Shown piece after piece: positions 8,187 to 17,068 of a stretch of 33,631 bases of DNA. Location of the stretch: contig JAVHPP010000126.1 in assembly GCA_036170655.1 (NCBI GenBank), forward strand, positions 1 to 33,631. Direction: 5' to 3'. Within the stretch, counting starts at the first letter, position 1. Each line of letters opens with the position of its first letter. The translations under genes were made by a program, and so were the position numbers. The stretch comes from Candidatus Zixiibacteriota bacterium. Lineage in GTDB: Bacteria > Zixibacteria > MSB-5A5 > WJJR01. Below the pieces are notes generated by a model. It was not told the origin of the DNA. It did no database searches and worked only from the letters and a program-made list of their open reading frames with translations.

Positions 8187-9401
8187 ATGAGTTGCCGGGA
8201 AATCAGCCGTTGGGTGTTGCGTCATGGGACAGCGGAGATCCCGTCCGCGTGGCGTGAGCATATTGCTCTCTGTACCAAATGCCAGACTGTGGTCAGGCAG
8301 GTCGGCGCTCTGGATGATCTGATCGCAGGGGCGCCTGCAGCCGATCCGGGGGAGGCCTATTGGGCCACCTTTGCCCCTCGTGTCGCCCGCCGGATTGAGG
8401 CGACGCCTGCGCCTTCCGAACATCGCGCCCCCCGCCCGAGTTGGATCCGTGTCTGGGTTCCAGCAGTGGGCGTGGCCGCCCTCGCTTTCCTGATCGGCCG
8501 GGAATTGTATCTTGGCCAGCAGCCATCGACTGTATCAGAGACCAGCATTCCGATTGTCCGCGCGGACAAGACCGCCCCGCCAGATGCCGGGGCAAATCCA
8601 GCGACAGAACCGGCCGAGACAGCCACCCAGCCCCGTGCGGTAACAGGCGGAGAGCGCCCACAGGTGCGCGAGAACCGGGTTGCAGGTGGGAATACCGCCA
8701 GCGCGCCATCACTTTCTTCTCCTGCGGGAGAGGGATCACGCAATTTACCCAACGTCAGACCATCCACAGTCCCGCCACCGAATCCTTCTATAGCCGGTGA
8801 GATACCCCGGCCTGAAGACCTGAATTCGCCTCCGGCGAACGCATCGGCTGCTCCGGCGCCAGCGGCAATCAATCCTCGTGATGAGGAACGGGTGTGGCCG
8901 AACCGGCAGGTTGCCATCGTGGGTGAAATCAGACCGGATACTCATCAGCAGGCCAGTGCTGATGACAAGCGGTTGGCCGAGCAACGTCCGCACGCGCTGA
9001 TCGAACGAGGGCTCGTCGATGGCGCTCCCGGCGCTGAAACTGTGGCGACGGGAATGACGCCCACGGTCCGGTTTGAAGCCGCGCCGGGGAACATCATGGC
9101 CGGATCTCCCGACAGCCAGTCCCCGGCCGAAGCGATGCGGCGGTTTGATAGACTGCATGAATTACGCCGACAGATCACGATTCTTCAGTCCATTGCCCCA
9201 GCGATGCGAACGGCCGAGCAGAATCGTGAGATGTGCACGCTCTGGTATCAAGTGGGGCAGATCACATCAGACTCGCTGTTGATCGATTCCGCCATTCAGA
9301 ATCTGGGAACCTGCATCAAGGCCTTGGACGCCAGCGAATCGGCCGAGTGGAAAAGGCGGAGCGATGAACTGTTCGACCGCCGTTCACCCCTGCCGCGATA
9401 G
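8187..9401 (+). CDS. Putative zinc-binding (ZAS/zf-HC2-like) transmembrane anti-sigma factor
   Basis: Directly follows the ECF gene. N-terminal MSCREI...EHIALCTKC (HxxxCxxC), one TM helix (VWVPAVGVAALAFLIG), a long Pro/Ala-rich region and a helical C-terminal domain. Confidence 0.8.
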   Translation: MSCREISRWVLRHGTAEIPSAWREHIALCTKCQTVVRQVGALDDLIAGAPAADPGEAYWATFAPRVARRIEATPAPSEHRAPRPSWIRVWVPAVGVAALAFLIGRELYLGQQPSTVSETSIPIVRADKTAPPDAGANPATEPAETATQPRAVTGGERPQVRENRVAGGNTASAPSLSSPAGEGSRNLPNVRPSTVPPPNPSIAGEIPRPEDLNSPPANASAAPAPAAINPRDEERVWPNRQVAIVGEIRPDTHQQASADDKRLAEQRPHALIERGLVDGAPGAETVATGMTPTVRFEAAPGNIMAGSPDSQSPAEAMRRFDRLHELRRQITILQSIAPAMRTAEQNREMCTLWYQVGQITSDSLLIDSAIQNLGTCIKALDASESAEWKRRSDELFDRRSPLPR

Positions 9402-9488
9402 AGTGTATCGGCTCTTGGCCGTATGCTATATGAAGCCGCGTCCGATTGTCGGGTCGCGGCTTCGCTCCTTTTGGGGGAGTCTCGGATG

Positions 9489-9517
9489 TTGCGAGAGCCG
9501 GCCGGATCTTCTAATTT
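9489..9517 (+). promoter_or_regulatory. Possible sigma70-type promoter for pcm
   Basis: TTGCGA-N17-TAATTT ending 14 nt before ATG 9532. Confidence 0.35.
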
Positions 9518-9531
9518 GAGCGGGGTTAGGG

Positions 9532-10275
9532 ATGAAGACGGCCATCGGCTTGATGGGAATTGTCGTCTGCTGTTCCGGATCATTTCAGTCAGCTCCGGCC
9601 CGCCCGAGTGACAGCGCAGGGCATGACGAGATGGAATACAGTGCAGATCGCGCCGTGATGGTTGCCGGGCAAATTGAGCGGCGTGGGGTCAAGGACAGCG
9701 CCGTGCTGGATGCCATGCGGACGGTCCCTCGTCATTTGTTTGTGCCGCCGGCACACCAACGGGAAGCCTATGATGATTGCCCGCTGCCCATCGGCCATGA
9801 CCAGACGATTTCACAGCCGTTCATTGTTGCTGTGATGACGGAAGCGCTTCGCCTCTCCCCGGGGGATCGTGTCCTGGAAGTCGGGACAGGTTCGGGATAT
9901 CAGGCCGCCGTGCTGGCGGAGATTGCACGTGAGGTCTTTACCATCGAGATCATCGACCCTTTGGGACGGCACGCCGAATCGACGCTGGTTTCCATGGGAT
10001 ACAAGAACATCCATGTCATGATTGGCGATGGCTATCGTGGGTGGCCTGAGCATGCGCCATTCGATGCGATCATCGTGACCGCCGCGCCGGACCATATCCC
10101 CCAGCCGCTCATCGAACAACTCGCTGTGGGCGGACGGATGGTCTTGCCACTGGGCGATAAGGAACAAACGCTGATCGTTCTGCACAAAACGCCGCAGGGA
10201 ATCGAACGCCAGGATCGATATGGCGTACGTTTTGTCCCGATGACGGGGGAAGCGCAAAAACGCGGTCAACCCTGA
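9532..10275 (+). CDS. pcm: Protein-L-isoaspartate O-methyltransferase
   Basis: VPRHLFV, AYDDCPLPIGHDQTISQP, VLEVGTGSGYQAAVLA, GDGYRGWPEHAPFDAIIVTAA and VRFVPMTG. Confidence 0.97.
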   Translation: MKTAIGLMGIVVCCSGSFQSAPARPSDSAGHDEMEYSADRAVMVAGQIERRGVKDSAVLDAMRTVPRHLFVPPAHQREAYDDCPLPIGHDQTISQPFIVAVMTEALRLSPGDRVLEVGTGSGYQAAVLAEIAREVFTIEIIDPLGRHAESTLVSMGYKNIHVMIGDGYRGWPEHAPFDAIIVTAAPDHIPQPLIEQLAVGGRMVLPLGDKEQTLIVLHKTPQGIERQDRYGVRFVPMTGEAQKRGQP

Positions 10276-10359
10276 GTGTCGCGCAGACGGACGCACCCCC
10301 GAGGCCGCGCCAGATCAGACCGCCGGGACATGACCCATGGCGGAACATCCCGAACTATG

Positions 10360-10385
10360 TGAAACTTCGCTGACCGTCTGCCGTA
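10360..10385 (+). promoter_or_regulatory. ECF SigW-type promoter upstream of the PspC/LiaF-like genes
   Basis: TGAAAC-N16-CGTA, identical to the Bacillus subtilis SigW consensus, 65 nt upstream of GTG 10451. Confidence 0.7.
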
Positions 10386-10450
10386 CTTCTAACCGGACCC
10401 GGAGGAAGGCCGCAGACGGCACCCCACGAGTCCCGGATCGGAGGCCCCGA

Positions 10451-10930
10451 GTGAAAAAACGAATCTATCGTTCGACCGATCAGAAGGTGATCGGTGGTGT
10501 CTGTGGGGGGTTGGGAGAGTATTTCGACATCGACCCGACTTGGGTGCGCGTTCTTTTCGTCCTGACGATTTTCGCCAGTGGTGTGGGGGTGCTTGCCTAT
10601 CTCATCGGCTGGATTGTCATTCCCGGACGGCCATCAGCGGTCAGCGCAATACCAAGCGGCACGACGACAGGCCTTCCCGCCGACGCCGCCCTGGCCAGTG
10701 CACATGCGGAACGCGGGCCGAGTTTTCTGCCGGGAGTGATTCTGATTGCGCTGGGCATGGTTTTCCTCTTCCACCGTTTCTTCTTCTGGTTCGACTTCCG
10801 CTACATCTGGCCACTGATCTTGATCGGGATCGGTGTGGCGCTGATCTATCGGGCTATCACACCACCGCACGAATCACGTATGCCGCATGCTGCTGAAAAC
10901 GACGTGGAGGTACCCCATGACGGCCGGTAG
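10451..10930 (+). CDS. PspC domain membrane protein with C-terminal LiaI/LiaF-like TM region
   Basis: SD GGAGG at 10440-10444. KRIYRSTDQKVIGGVCGGLGEYFDIDPTWVR...YLIGWIVIP is a PspC signature, followed by GVILIALG..FL...WPLILIGIG. Confidence 0.9.
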   Translation: MKKRIYRSTDQKVIGGVCGGLGEYFDIDPTWVRVLFVLTIFASGVGVLAYLIGWIVIPGRPSAVSAIPSGTTTGLPADAALASAHAERGPSFLPGVILIALGMVFLFHRFFFWFDFRYIWPLILIGIGVALIYRAITPPHESRMPHAAENDVEVPHDGR

Positions 10931-11864
10931 ACTGCGAACAGGATTGCTCCTGATCCTCGTCGGGGTCGTTTTGCTCTTGAACACCACCGGGCTCGTGGAG
11001 TGGAATCTGTGGGAAAATCTCCTCACCTTGTGGCCGATCTTCTTGATCGCCATTGGGATCGAGAAAATCTTCGCGGCGTCCGAACGTCTGAAATCCTTTG
11101 CGTACATCTCCCCTCTCGTGATCGTCGCCACATTTGCCTATGCGGTTGTAGCAGGCACGCAGGATGACGGATCGTCCTGGCGTGACGACGGCGACAACGG
11201 GACATTTGAGTGGTTCACCGCCGCCACCCCCACGGCCAAACGCGTCAAGATGTCGGCAGATTTCGGCAGCGGACGGTTGGTTGTCAGTGACGGGGCAACC
11301 GCGGATCATCTGGCCGAAGGGCGTTTCACCCATCGCGGCCGCAAACCACGGATCGAAACAGCGCAAGCTGACAGTGTGCTCACCATCCAGCTGTCGCGCA
11401 CCGAGGGAGTCAAACGGCACCGCACGATCGGCTCTCGGGATCGTGAGCGCTGGATCATCAAGCTGAGTGACAAACTCCCCATCGACCTGTCGCTGGATGC
11501 CGGTGGCGCACAATTGGGGCTCGAACTGACCAACCTTCCGGTTGAGCGCCTGGGACTGTCAGCGGGAGCCGCTGACATTGACCTCAGTCTTGGGTCAAAA
11601 TCACCAATGGTTGACTGTGGCATCGACTGCGGCGCGGCGTCGATCGATGTCACGATTCCCGCCAGTGCGGGATTGCGCATCTCAGGCACCAGCGCCTTGT
11701 CCACATTCTCATCCGGCCCGCTGGATCTGATTGAGCAGGGCGAATATATGGAGACACCTGATTATGAAAGCCGTGCAGTCAAGATCGTGCTGCGGGTGGA
11801 ATCCGGCGCGTCCAGCCTCCGGATCCATGTGGCCGATGGGAATCAGGCCAGCGCCTCATTTTGA
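10917..11864 (+). CDS. LiaF-like (DUF5668-type) membrane anchor plus periplasmic 'toast rack' beta-solenoid-like domain
   Basis: SD GGAGG before ATG 10917, overlapping the upstream gene. GLLLILVGVVLLL.T.G...LWPIFLIAIGI, then repeated L.AGAA.IDL/CGAASIDVTIP/SGASSLRI strands. Confidence 0.75.
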   Translation: MTAGRLRTGLLLILVGVVLLLNTTGLVEWNLWENLLTLWPIFLIAIGIEKIFAASERLKSFAYISPLVIVATFAYAVVAGTQDDGSSWRDDGDNGTFEWFTAATPTAKRVKMSADFGSGRLVVSDGATADHLAEGRFTHRGRKPRIETAQADSVLTIQLSRTEGVKRHRTIGSRDRERWIIKLSDKLPIDLSLDAGGAQLGLELTNLPVERLGLSAGAADIDLSLGSKSPMVDCGIDCGAASIDVTIPASAGLRISGTSALSTFSSGPLDLIEQGEYMETPDYESRAVKIVLRVESGASSLRIHVADGNQASASF

Positions 11865-11954
11865 CCACGATCCGAGCGTTGTTCTCTGAGCACAACACCG
11901 CAGAAGTGGCGTTTTTTCTTGTACAGGTACCGTGCTGTGTTTCATCTTTGGTCC

Positions 11955-12761
11955 ATGACCAGATACTCCCAACGCCCAGCACATTCAACCTCAGGCCAGT
12001 GGCTCTTGGCATCAGCGATCGTGCTGATCATCGCCCTGCTGGCCCACTGTGGTACCCGTGTCGAATCGGGGATGAAACGTGCCGAGGAGACCGGCATCCT
12101 CCGCATCGGCACGGACGCAACCTATCCGCCTTTTGAGTCGATCGATCAAGAAACTGGCAAAGTTGCCGGATTCGACATCGAAGTGGTCAATGAGATCTGC
12201 CGGGAGTTGCACTGTGCACCGGAGTATATCGTGACGCCTTTCGATGGCATCGTGGCGGGACTTTCCACCGGCAAGTATGACTTGATCGCGTCATCCTTCA
12301 CCATCACTCCCGAGCGACAGATGGAAGTCTCGTTTTCCGATCCATACTATGATGCGGGACAGGCAATGGCGGTGCCGTTGCACGACACAACGACCAAAGG
12401 ACCAGAGGCGCTGGCCGGGAAGTCCATCGGCGTTCAGCTGGGAACCACCGGCGAACGGCGCGCAAGAGAGATTCCCGGCGCCAAAGTTGTCAGCTTCGAC
12501 AATATCGGATCCGCGTTCATTGATATGGAGAACGGCCACATTGACGCGGTCATCAACGACCGCCCGACAACGGAGATGATCATTCGCCAGCGCCGATCGG
12601 CGAAGATTGTCGGATCAACGCTGACCGCCGAAAAATATGGATTCGCCGTCCGACTCCACGATCGCGAACTCCTGGAAGCGGTCAATCAGGCTATCAAGAC
12701 CATCAAATCGGATGGCCGTTTCCAGACGATTCAGGATCGCTGGTTTGGGGCCGGGGGCTGA
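11955..12761 (+). CDS. Polar/basic amino acid ABC transporter substrate-binding protein (family 3), probable lipoprotein
   Basis: LRIGTDATYPPFE, GFDIE, FDGIVAGL..GKYD, FTITPER...VSFSDPY and GVQLGTTG. Lipobox-like LAHC after a hydrophobic stretch. Confidence 0.95.
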   Translation: MTRYSQRPAHSTSGQWLLASAIVLIIALLAHCGTRVESGMKRAEETGILRIGTDATYPPFESIDQETGKVAGFDIEVVNEICRELHCAPEYIVTPFDGIVAGLSTGKYDLIASSFTITPERQMEVSFSDPYYDAGQAMAVPLHDTTTKGPEALAGKSIGVQLGTTGERRAREIPGAKVVSFDNIGSAFIDMENGHIDAVINDRPTTEMIIRQRRSAKIVGSTLTAEKYGFAVRLHDRELLEAVNQAIKTIKSDGRFQTIQDRWFGAGG

Positions 12762-12860
12762 GTTCTTCTTCGCCTTGCCTTGCTGATTCACGCTGAATTT
12801 CCGGCGCTGCCCGGTCGCATCTGACCGATTCTGTGCTTGGCTATTTTCCCGCAAATTCAG

Positions 12861-12889
12861 TTGATAAAGCGTCTGTGGTTCAATAAGTT
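12861..12889 (+). promoter_or_regulatory. Internal sigma70-type promoter upstream of the permease
   Basis: TTGATA-N17-TAAGTT in an AT-richer gap. An 8-bp inverted repeat, CAGTTGAT (12858-12865) and ATCAACTG (12900-12907), brackets it. Confidence 0.55.
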
Positions 12890-12930
12890 CCAGTTCTGGA
12901 TCAACTGTTGCCAGACAGAGGAGAACTGCT

Positions 12931-13614
12931 ATCGACTTCCTGGCCACCCAAGGCGCCCTCGCGCTGAAAATCCTGAGATTTCTGGCGCCTGCCATACCGA
13001 TGACGGTCGCGGTGACGGTCCTGTCCTACGCGCTGGCGGTGATACTCGGGCTGGCTGTGGGGCTGTTGCAAGCGGCCAATTATCGGCCTCTGCTCTGGCT
13101 GGCCAAGGGATATGTCGATGTTCTGAGAGGCATCCCCCTGCTGGTTCAGATTTTCTTCATCTATTTTGGTTTGGCCGGACTCTTCAATCTCGATCGGTTT
13201 GCTGCCGGCGTTCTGGCGATTGGCATTTGTTACTCAGCGTACCTCGCCGAGATCTTCCGGGCGGGCATCGAATCAATCGCGCGCGGACAGCACGAGGCGG
13301 CGGCTTCTCTTGGCATGTCGAGCGGGCAGGCCATGCGTTATGTGATCGTGCCTCAAGCGACGCGTGTCATCATTCCTCCGGCCGCCAACGAATTCATTGC
13401 GTGCCTGAAAGATTCGTCGCTGGTCTCGATCATCGGGTTGCGCGAACTCACCCGGGCGGGGCGCGAATACTACTCGCAGTACTTTATTGATTTTCAGACG
13501 TGGCTTTTGGTCGGCATCGTCTATCTGGCGATGACCCTGCTCTTGACCAAACTGACCCGACACCTTGAGCGTCGCTTTGCCGTTCGCGGCTTCGGCACAG
13601 AGGTCCGGCATTGA
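12931..13614 (+). CDS. Polar amino acid ABC transporter permease (HisM/GlnP family); first ATG is 13000, probable true start is ATC 12931
   Basis: [40 protein letters not shown] (EAA loop) and [11 protein letters not shown]. Confidence 0.95.
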   Translation: MDFLATQGALALKILRFLAPAIPMTVAVTVLSYALAVILGLAVGLLQAANYRPLLWLAKGYVDVLRGIPLLVQIFFIYFGLAGLFNLDRFAAGVLAIGICYSAYLAEIFRAGIESIARGQHEAAASLGMSSGQAMRYVIVPQATRVIIPPAANEFIACLKDSSLVSIIGLRELTRAGREYYSQYFIDFQTWLLVGIVYLAMTLLLTKLTRHLERRFAVRGFGTEVRH

Positions 13615-14369
13615 CTTCATCACCGGACCACGGGAACGGCGGCCCAGCCCTGCGGGCGCGGGGCGTGACCAAACGCTTCGGCAATCTCGTCGCCGTTGAT
13701 TCCATTGACCTCGACGTGGCAACTTCGGAAGTCGTGGTGATGGTCGGCCCCTCGGGATCGGGGAAATCCACGCTGCTGCGCTGCTTCAACGGTCTGGAGC
13801 GGATCGACAGCGGCACAATCGAGATTGCCGGAGTGCGGCTAGACACGGAGTGCAAGAGCATCCACGATGTGCGTGCTCGTGTCGGAATGGTCTTCCAGCA
13901 ATTTAATCTGTTTCCCCATCTCAATGCTGTCGAGAATGTTGCCCTGGCTCCGCGTATCGTACGCAATCTGCCGAAAGAGCAGGCCCTGGCGGAGGCACGT
14001 CAGAGGCTGGAACGCGTTGGTCTTGGTTCCAAGTTCGACGCGTATCCCGCCGAATTGTCGGGAGGCCAGCAACAGCGCGTCGCCATCGCCCGGGCTCTGG
14101 CGATGGACCCCAAGGTCATGTTGTTCGATGAGCCAACGTCCGCTCTGGATCCGGAGATGATCGGTGAAGTCCTGGCGGTGATGCAGAATCTCGCCCTGTC
14201 CGGCATGACCATGATTGTCGTCTCACATGAGATCGGTTTCGCGCGTGAAGTCGCCGACCGGGTGATCTTCTTAGACGCGGGCAAGATCCTCGAATCTGGA
14301 CCACCGGAGCAGGTCTTCACCTCCCCGAAACATGCCCGCGCGAGGGAGTTTTTCAAGAAGGTGCTGTGA
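13611..14369 (+). CDS. Polar amino acid ABC transporter ATP-binding protein (GlnQ family)
   Basis: Walker [22 protein letters not shown], signature [15 protein letters not shown] and Walker [17 protein letters not shown] overlap with the permease stop. Confidence 0.97.
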   Translation: MTSSPDHGNGGPALRARGVTKRFGNLVAVDSIDLDVATSEVVVMVGPSGSGKSTLLRCFNGLERIDSGTIEIAGVRLDTECKSIHDVRARVGMVFQQFNLFPHLNAVENVALAPRIVRNLPKEQALAEARQRLERVGLGSKFDAYPAELSGGQQQRVAIARALAMDPKVMLFDEPTSALDPEMIGEVLAVMQNLALSGMTMIVVSHEIGFAREVADRVIFLDAGKILESGPPEQVFTSPKHARAREFFKKVL

Positions 14370-14373
14370 ACTC

Positions 14374-16044
14374 GTGACCCGCTCGGCAGATTTCGTCCGC
14401 ATTCTCAGGCTGGGGTTGGCGACCGCCACCTGTGTGGCATCACTGACAGGCAGGGCAGGCGGAGCACCGGTACCTGATGACGTCCTCCGTGCCGCCGAAG
14501 CAGGACAACCAATCTGGGTTTTCCTGTCCGACAAGAGGCCGCCCGATCATGCGGTGACGCTGGACGGTGGCGGCTGGATCTCACCGCGTGCCGCCAGACG
14601 AATCGCCGTGCGTGGTGGGCCGTACGACACATACCGGGACTGGCCCATTGACAGCGAATATCGGAAGGCGCTGGAAGCGAGAGGCCTGCGCATCCGAACC
14701 GAGAGCCGCTGGCTCAATGCGGTCTCGGGCACGATCACGCACGCGCAGCTGGACAAACTCGCATTGCTCCCCTGTGTGCAGTCAGTGCAGCCGGTCGCGA
14801 TCTATCACCGGCCGCCCATCGGGATTCCCGGTGAAGAAATCACACGACCAACCAGCGGGTTGGGCAAGACATCCGCGTTCGACTATGGCAACTCGTTAGA
14901 ACAGATCAAGACTATCCAAGTCGATGAACTGCACGCCACAGGCCTCACGGGTGACAGTGTCATGATCGGATTTCTGGACACTGGTTTCTCGCTGGGCATA
15001 GACGCGCTGCACACGACAAAGGTCATCGCCACATGGGACTTTATCAACAATGACTCCGACGTCGGCGATCAGGACACCGCCCAGATGAGCCACGGCACAT
15101 CGACGTTGTCGCTGTGCGGGGGATTTGCGCCGGGAACCCTGATTGGCGTTGCCCCCGACGCTGAGTACGCACTCGCCAAGACCGAAGTCGTCACCAGCGA
15201 GACGAAAATCGAAGAAGATTACTGGGTGCGCGGCCTGTGGTGGGCTGACTCCTTAGGATGTGATATCGTTTCCAGCTCGCTGGGTTATGTCGACTGGTAC
15301 AGTCCGTCGCAGTTGGATGGCAACACCGCGGTGACGACGAAGGCCGCTGATCTCGTGGCGGAGCGCGGGCTATTGGTCGTCAATGCCGCAGGAAACGAGG
15401 GGGCGCGCGGCTTGATTGCGCCGGCCGACGGCAAACTGGTTCTCACGGTCGGCGCCTCTGACTTCAGCGGGACACCCACTGGTTTTTCGTCACGCGGCCC
15501 GACCGCCGATGGACGCATCAAACCGGATGTCATGGCTCCTGGTCAGGGAATATGGGTGGCTACGCCTCGTGACAGCGGCTACACGTATTCCAATGGAACA
15601 TCGTTTGCCACCCCGCTGGTCGCAGGTGTTTGCGCACTTCTCTTGCAGAAAGACCCGGCGCTGAAACCGCAACAGGTCATTGGACTGTTGCGACGGACGG
15701 CGACGCAGGCCGATCATCCCGATAACGCATCGGGGTGGGGCGTTGTGCACGCGGCAGAAGCAGCCAGCCAGCCCGTCGCCGACACGGCCTCCCTGATCGA
15801 GGCCTGGCCAAATCCGTTTGCCGACAGCGTGAAAATTGTCACGCCGGACAGCGGATCGGCGACGCTGCGTGTGTTCACCGTGGCCGGACAGCCAGTCTAC
15901 TCGTCGACCTTTGGCGGAAACTCCACGGTGTGGCCGGGGACCAACAACGAGGGCGCGCAGGTGGCGTCCGGAGTGTATCTGGTCTGGGTACAAACGCCAA
16001 AACGGGAAGGAACGATCAAAGTTGCGCTGCGGCGTCGGAACTGA
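14374..16044 (+). CDS. Secreted S8 (subtilisin-like) serine protease with FlgD-like/T9SS-like C-terminal domain
   Basis: Signal peptide and prodomain, catalytic LDTG / HGT / GTSFATP, oxyanion AAGNEG, and C-terminal WPNPF...LRVFTVAGQ.V...W.GTN..G..VASGVY. GTG 14374 follows the upstream stop by 4 nt. Confidence 0.93.
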   Translation: MTRSADFVRILRLGLATATCVASLTGRAGGAPVPDDVLRAAEAGQPIWVFLSDKRPPDHAVTLDGGGWISPRAARRIAVRGGPYDTYRDWPIDSEYRKALEARGLRIRTESRWLNAVSGTITHAQLDKLALLPCVQSVQPVAIYHRPPIGIPGEEITRPTSGLGKTSAFDYGNSLEQIKTIQVDELHATGLTGDSVMIGFLDTGFSLGIDALHTTKVIATWDFINNDSDVGDQDTAQMSHGTSTLSLCGGFAPGTLIGVAPDAEYALAKTEVVTSETKIEEDYWVRGLWWADSLGCDIVSSSLGYVDWYSPSQLDGNTAVTTKAADLVAERGLLVVNAAGNEGARGLIAPADGKLVLTVGASDFSGTPTGFSSRGPTADGRIKPDVMAPGQGIWVATPRDSGYTYSNGTSFATPLVAGVCALLLQKDPALKPQQVIGLLRRTATQADHPDNASGWGVVHAAEAASQPVADTASLIEAWPNPFADSVKIVTPDSGSATLRVFTVAGQPVYSSTFGGNSTVWPGTNNEGAQVASGVYLVWVQTPKREGTIKVALRRRN

Positions 16045-16116
16045 AACCTCCACGGATTGTGCTACCCCTCGAAAGCGGGACGCACATCCGGTGGCTTCAA
16101 GCACTATTCTTTGCCG

Positions 16117-16146
16117 TTGATCGATGGCCGCAGTGCGCCGTATAAT
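16117..16146 (+). promoter_or_regulatory. Sigma70-type promoter of tRNA-Gly
   Basis: TTGATC-N18-TATAAT ending 14 nt before the tRNA. Confidence 0.65.
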
Positions 16147-16160
16147 CGGATCGCGATGAC

Positions 16161-16234
16161 GCGGGAGTAACTCAGTTGGCTAGAGTCACAGCCTTCCAAG
16201 CTGTTGGTCGCGGGTTCGAATCCCGTCTCCCGCT
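16161..16234 (+). tRNA. tRNA-Gly (anticodon TCC), CCA not encoded
   Basis: Acceptor stem GCGGGAG/CTCCCGC, D arm ACTC/GAGT, anticodon arm ACAGC-CTTCCAA-GCTGT and T arm GCGGG-TTCGAAT-CCCGT. Confidence 0.97.
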
Positions 16235-16326
16235 CTTGAAATCATCGAGCCACGGAGGAAGCAATCGACGGTACGGTCGGGGGCACGGGAAACCATAGAA
16301 ACACTTCAACGGAAAGAGGTAATCGC

Positions 16327-16971
16327 ATGAAAACGCCATTTGGTCATGTTGCTTTGTCCGCTGTTATTGCTGTGTTCTCTCTGGCTCAGATTGGTTGCGG
16401 CGACTCAAACGTTGAGAAGGTCGACCCGGGTAAAGCCGCCAGCGGCACGGTGGCCAATGGAGGCGCGTCCTCGCCGCATGGGCAGGCGGCGGTCAGCGCG
16501 ACTTCGGCGGCGGGAGTCAGATGGACGGTACCGTCCGCATGGAAGCTCGGCGAAGAGCGTCCGATGCGAATTGCTTCCTACTTAATCGGAGATGGGGCTG
16601 AACAGGCGGATTGCGCGGTATTCTACTTCGGACCTGGTCAAGGTGGAGCCGTGCAGGCGAATATCGACCGTTGGGTCGGGCAGTTCACGCAGCCCGATGG
16701 TTCTGAATCCACCAAGGCCGCCAAAACCGACAACCACACGATTGCCGGACTCAAAGTGACCACCATCGATCTATCGGGAACTTATATGTCGTCCATGGGC
16801 GGACCAATGTCCGGCGGCAAGACTGAGGAGAAACCGGGGTATCGAATGCTGGGCGCGATTGTTGAAGCGCCGGAAGGTCCTGTCTTCTTCAAGCTGACCG
16901 GTCCGTCCACGACAGTTGTGAAGTCACTGGACAATTTCCAACAATTGGTAGAATCCGTGAAGAAGCAATAG
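16327..16971 (+). CDS. Uncharacterised lipoprotein
   Basis: SD GAGGT, signal peptide ending in QIGC, low-complexity linker, then a globular domain with PMRIASY, FGPGQGGAVQANIDRWVGQF and FFKLTGP. Confidence 0.85.
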   Translation: MKTPFGHVALSAVIAVFSLAQIGCGDSNVEKVDPGKAASGTVANGGASSPHGQAAVSATSAAGVRWTVPSAWKLGEERPMRIASYLIGDGAEQADCAVFYFGPGQGGAVQANIDRWVGQFTQPDGSESTKAAKTDNHTIAGLKVTTIDLSGTYMSSMGGPMSGGKTEEKPGYRMLGAIVEAPEGPVFFKLTGPSTTVVKSLDNFQQLVESVKKQ

Positions 16972-17002
16972 CACGGCAAATCCCAGCGAGATTGATATCC
17001 AC

Positions 17003-17036
17003 GCAGGGCGGGCTTGTAGCTCGCCCTGTTCTGTTG
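17003..17036 (+). terminator. Intrinsic terminator-like hairpin between convergent genes
   Basis: GCAGGGCGGGC-TTGTA-GCTCGCCCTGT followed by TCTGTT. Confidence 0.6.
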
Positions 17037-17068
17037 CAAGACTCTGTAGTCGTTCAGGAAATCACCGC

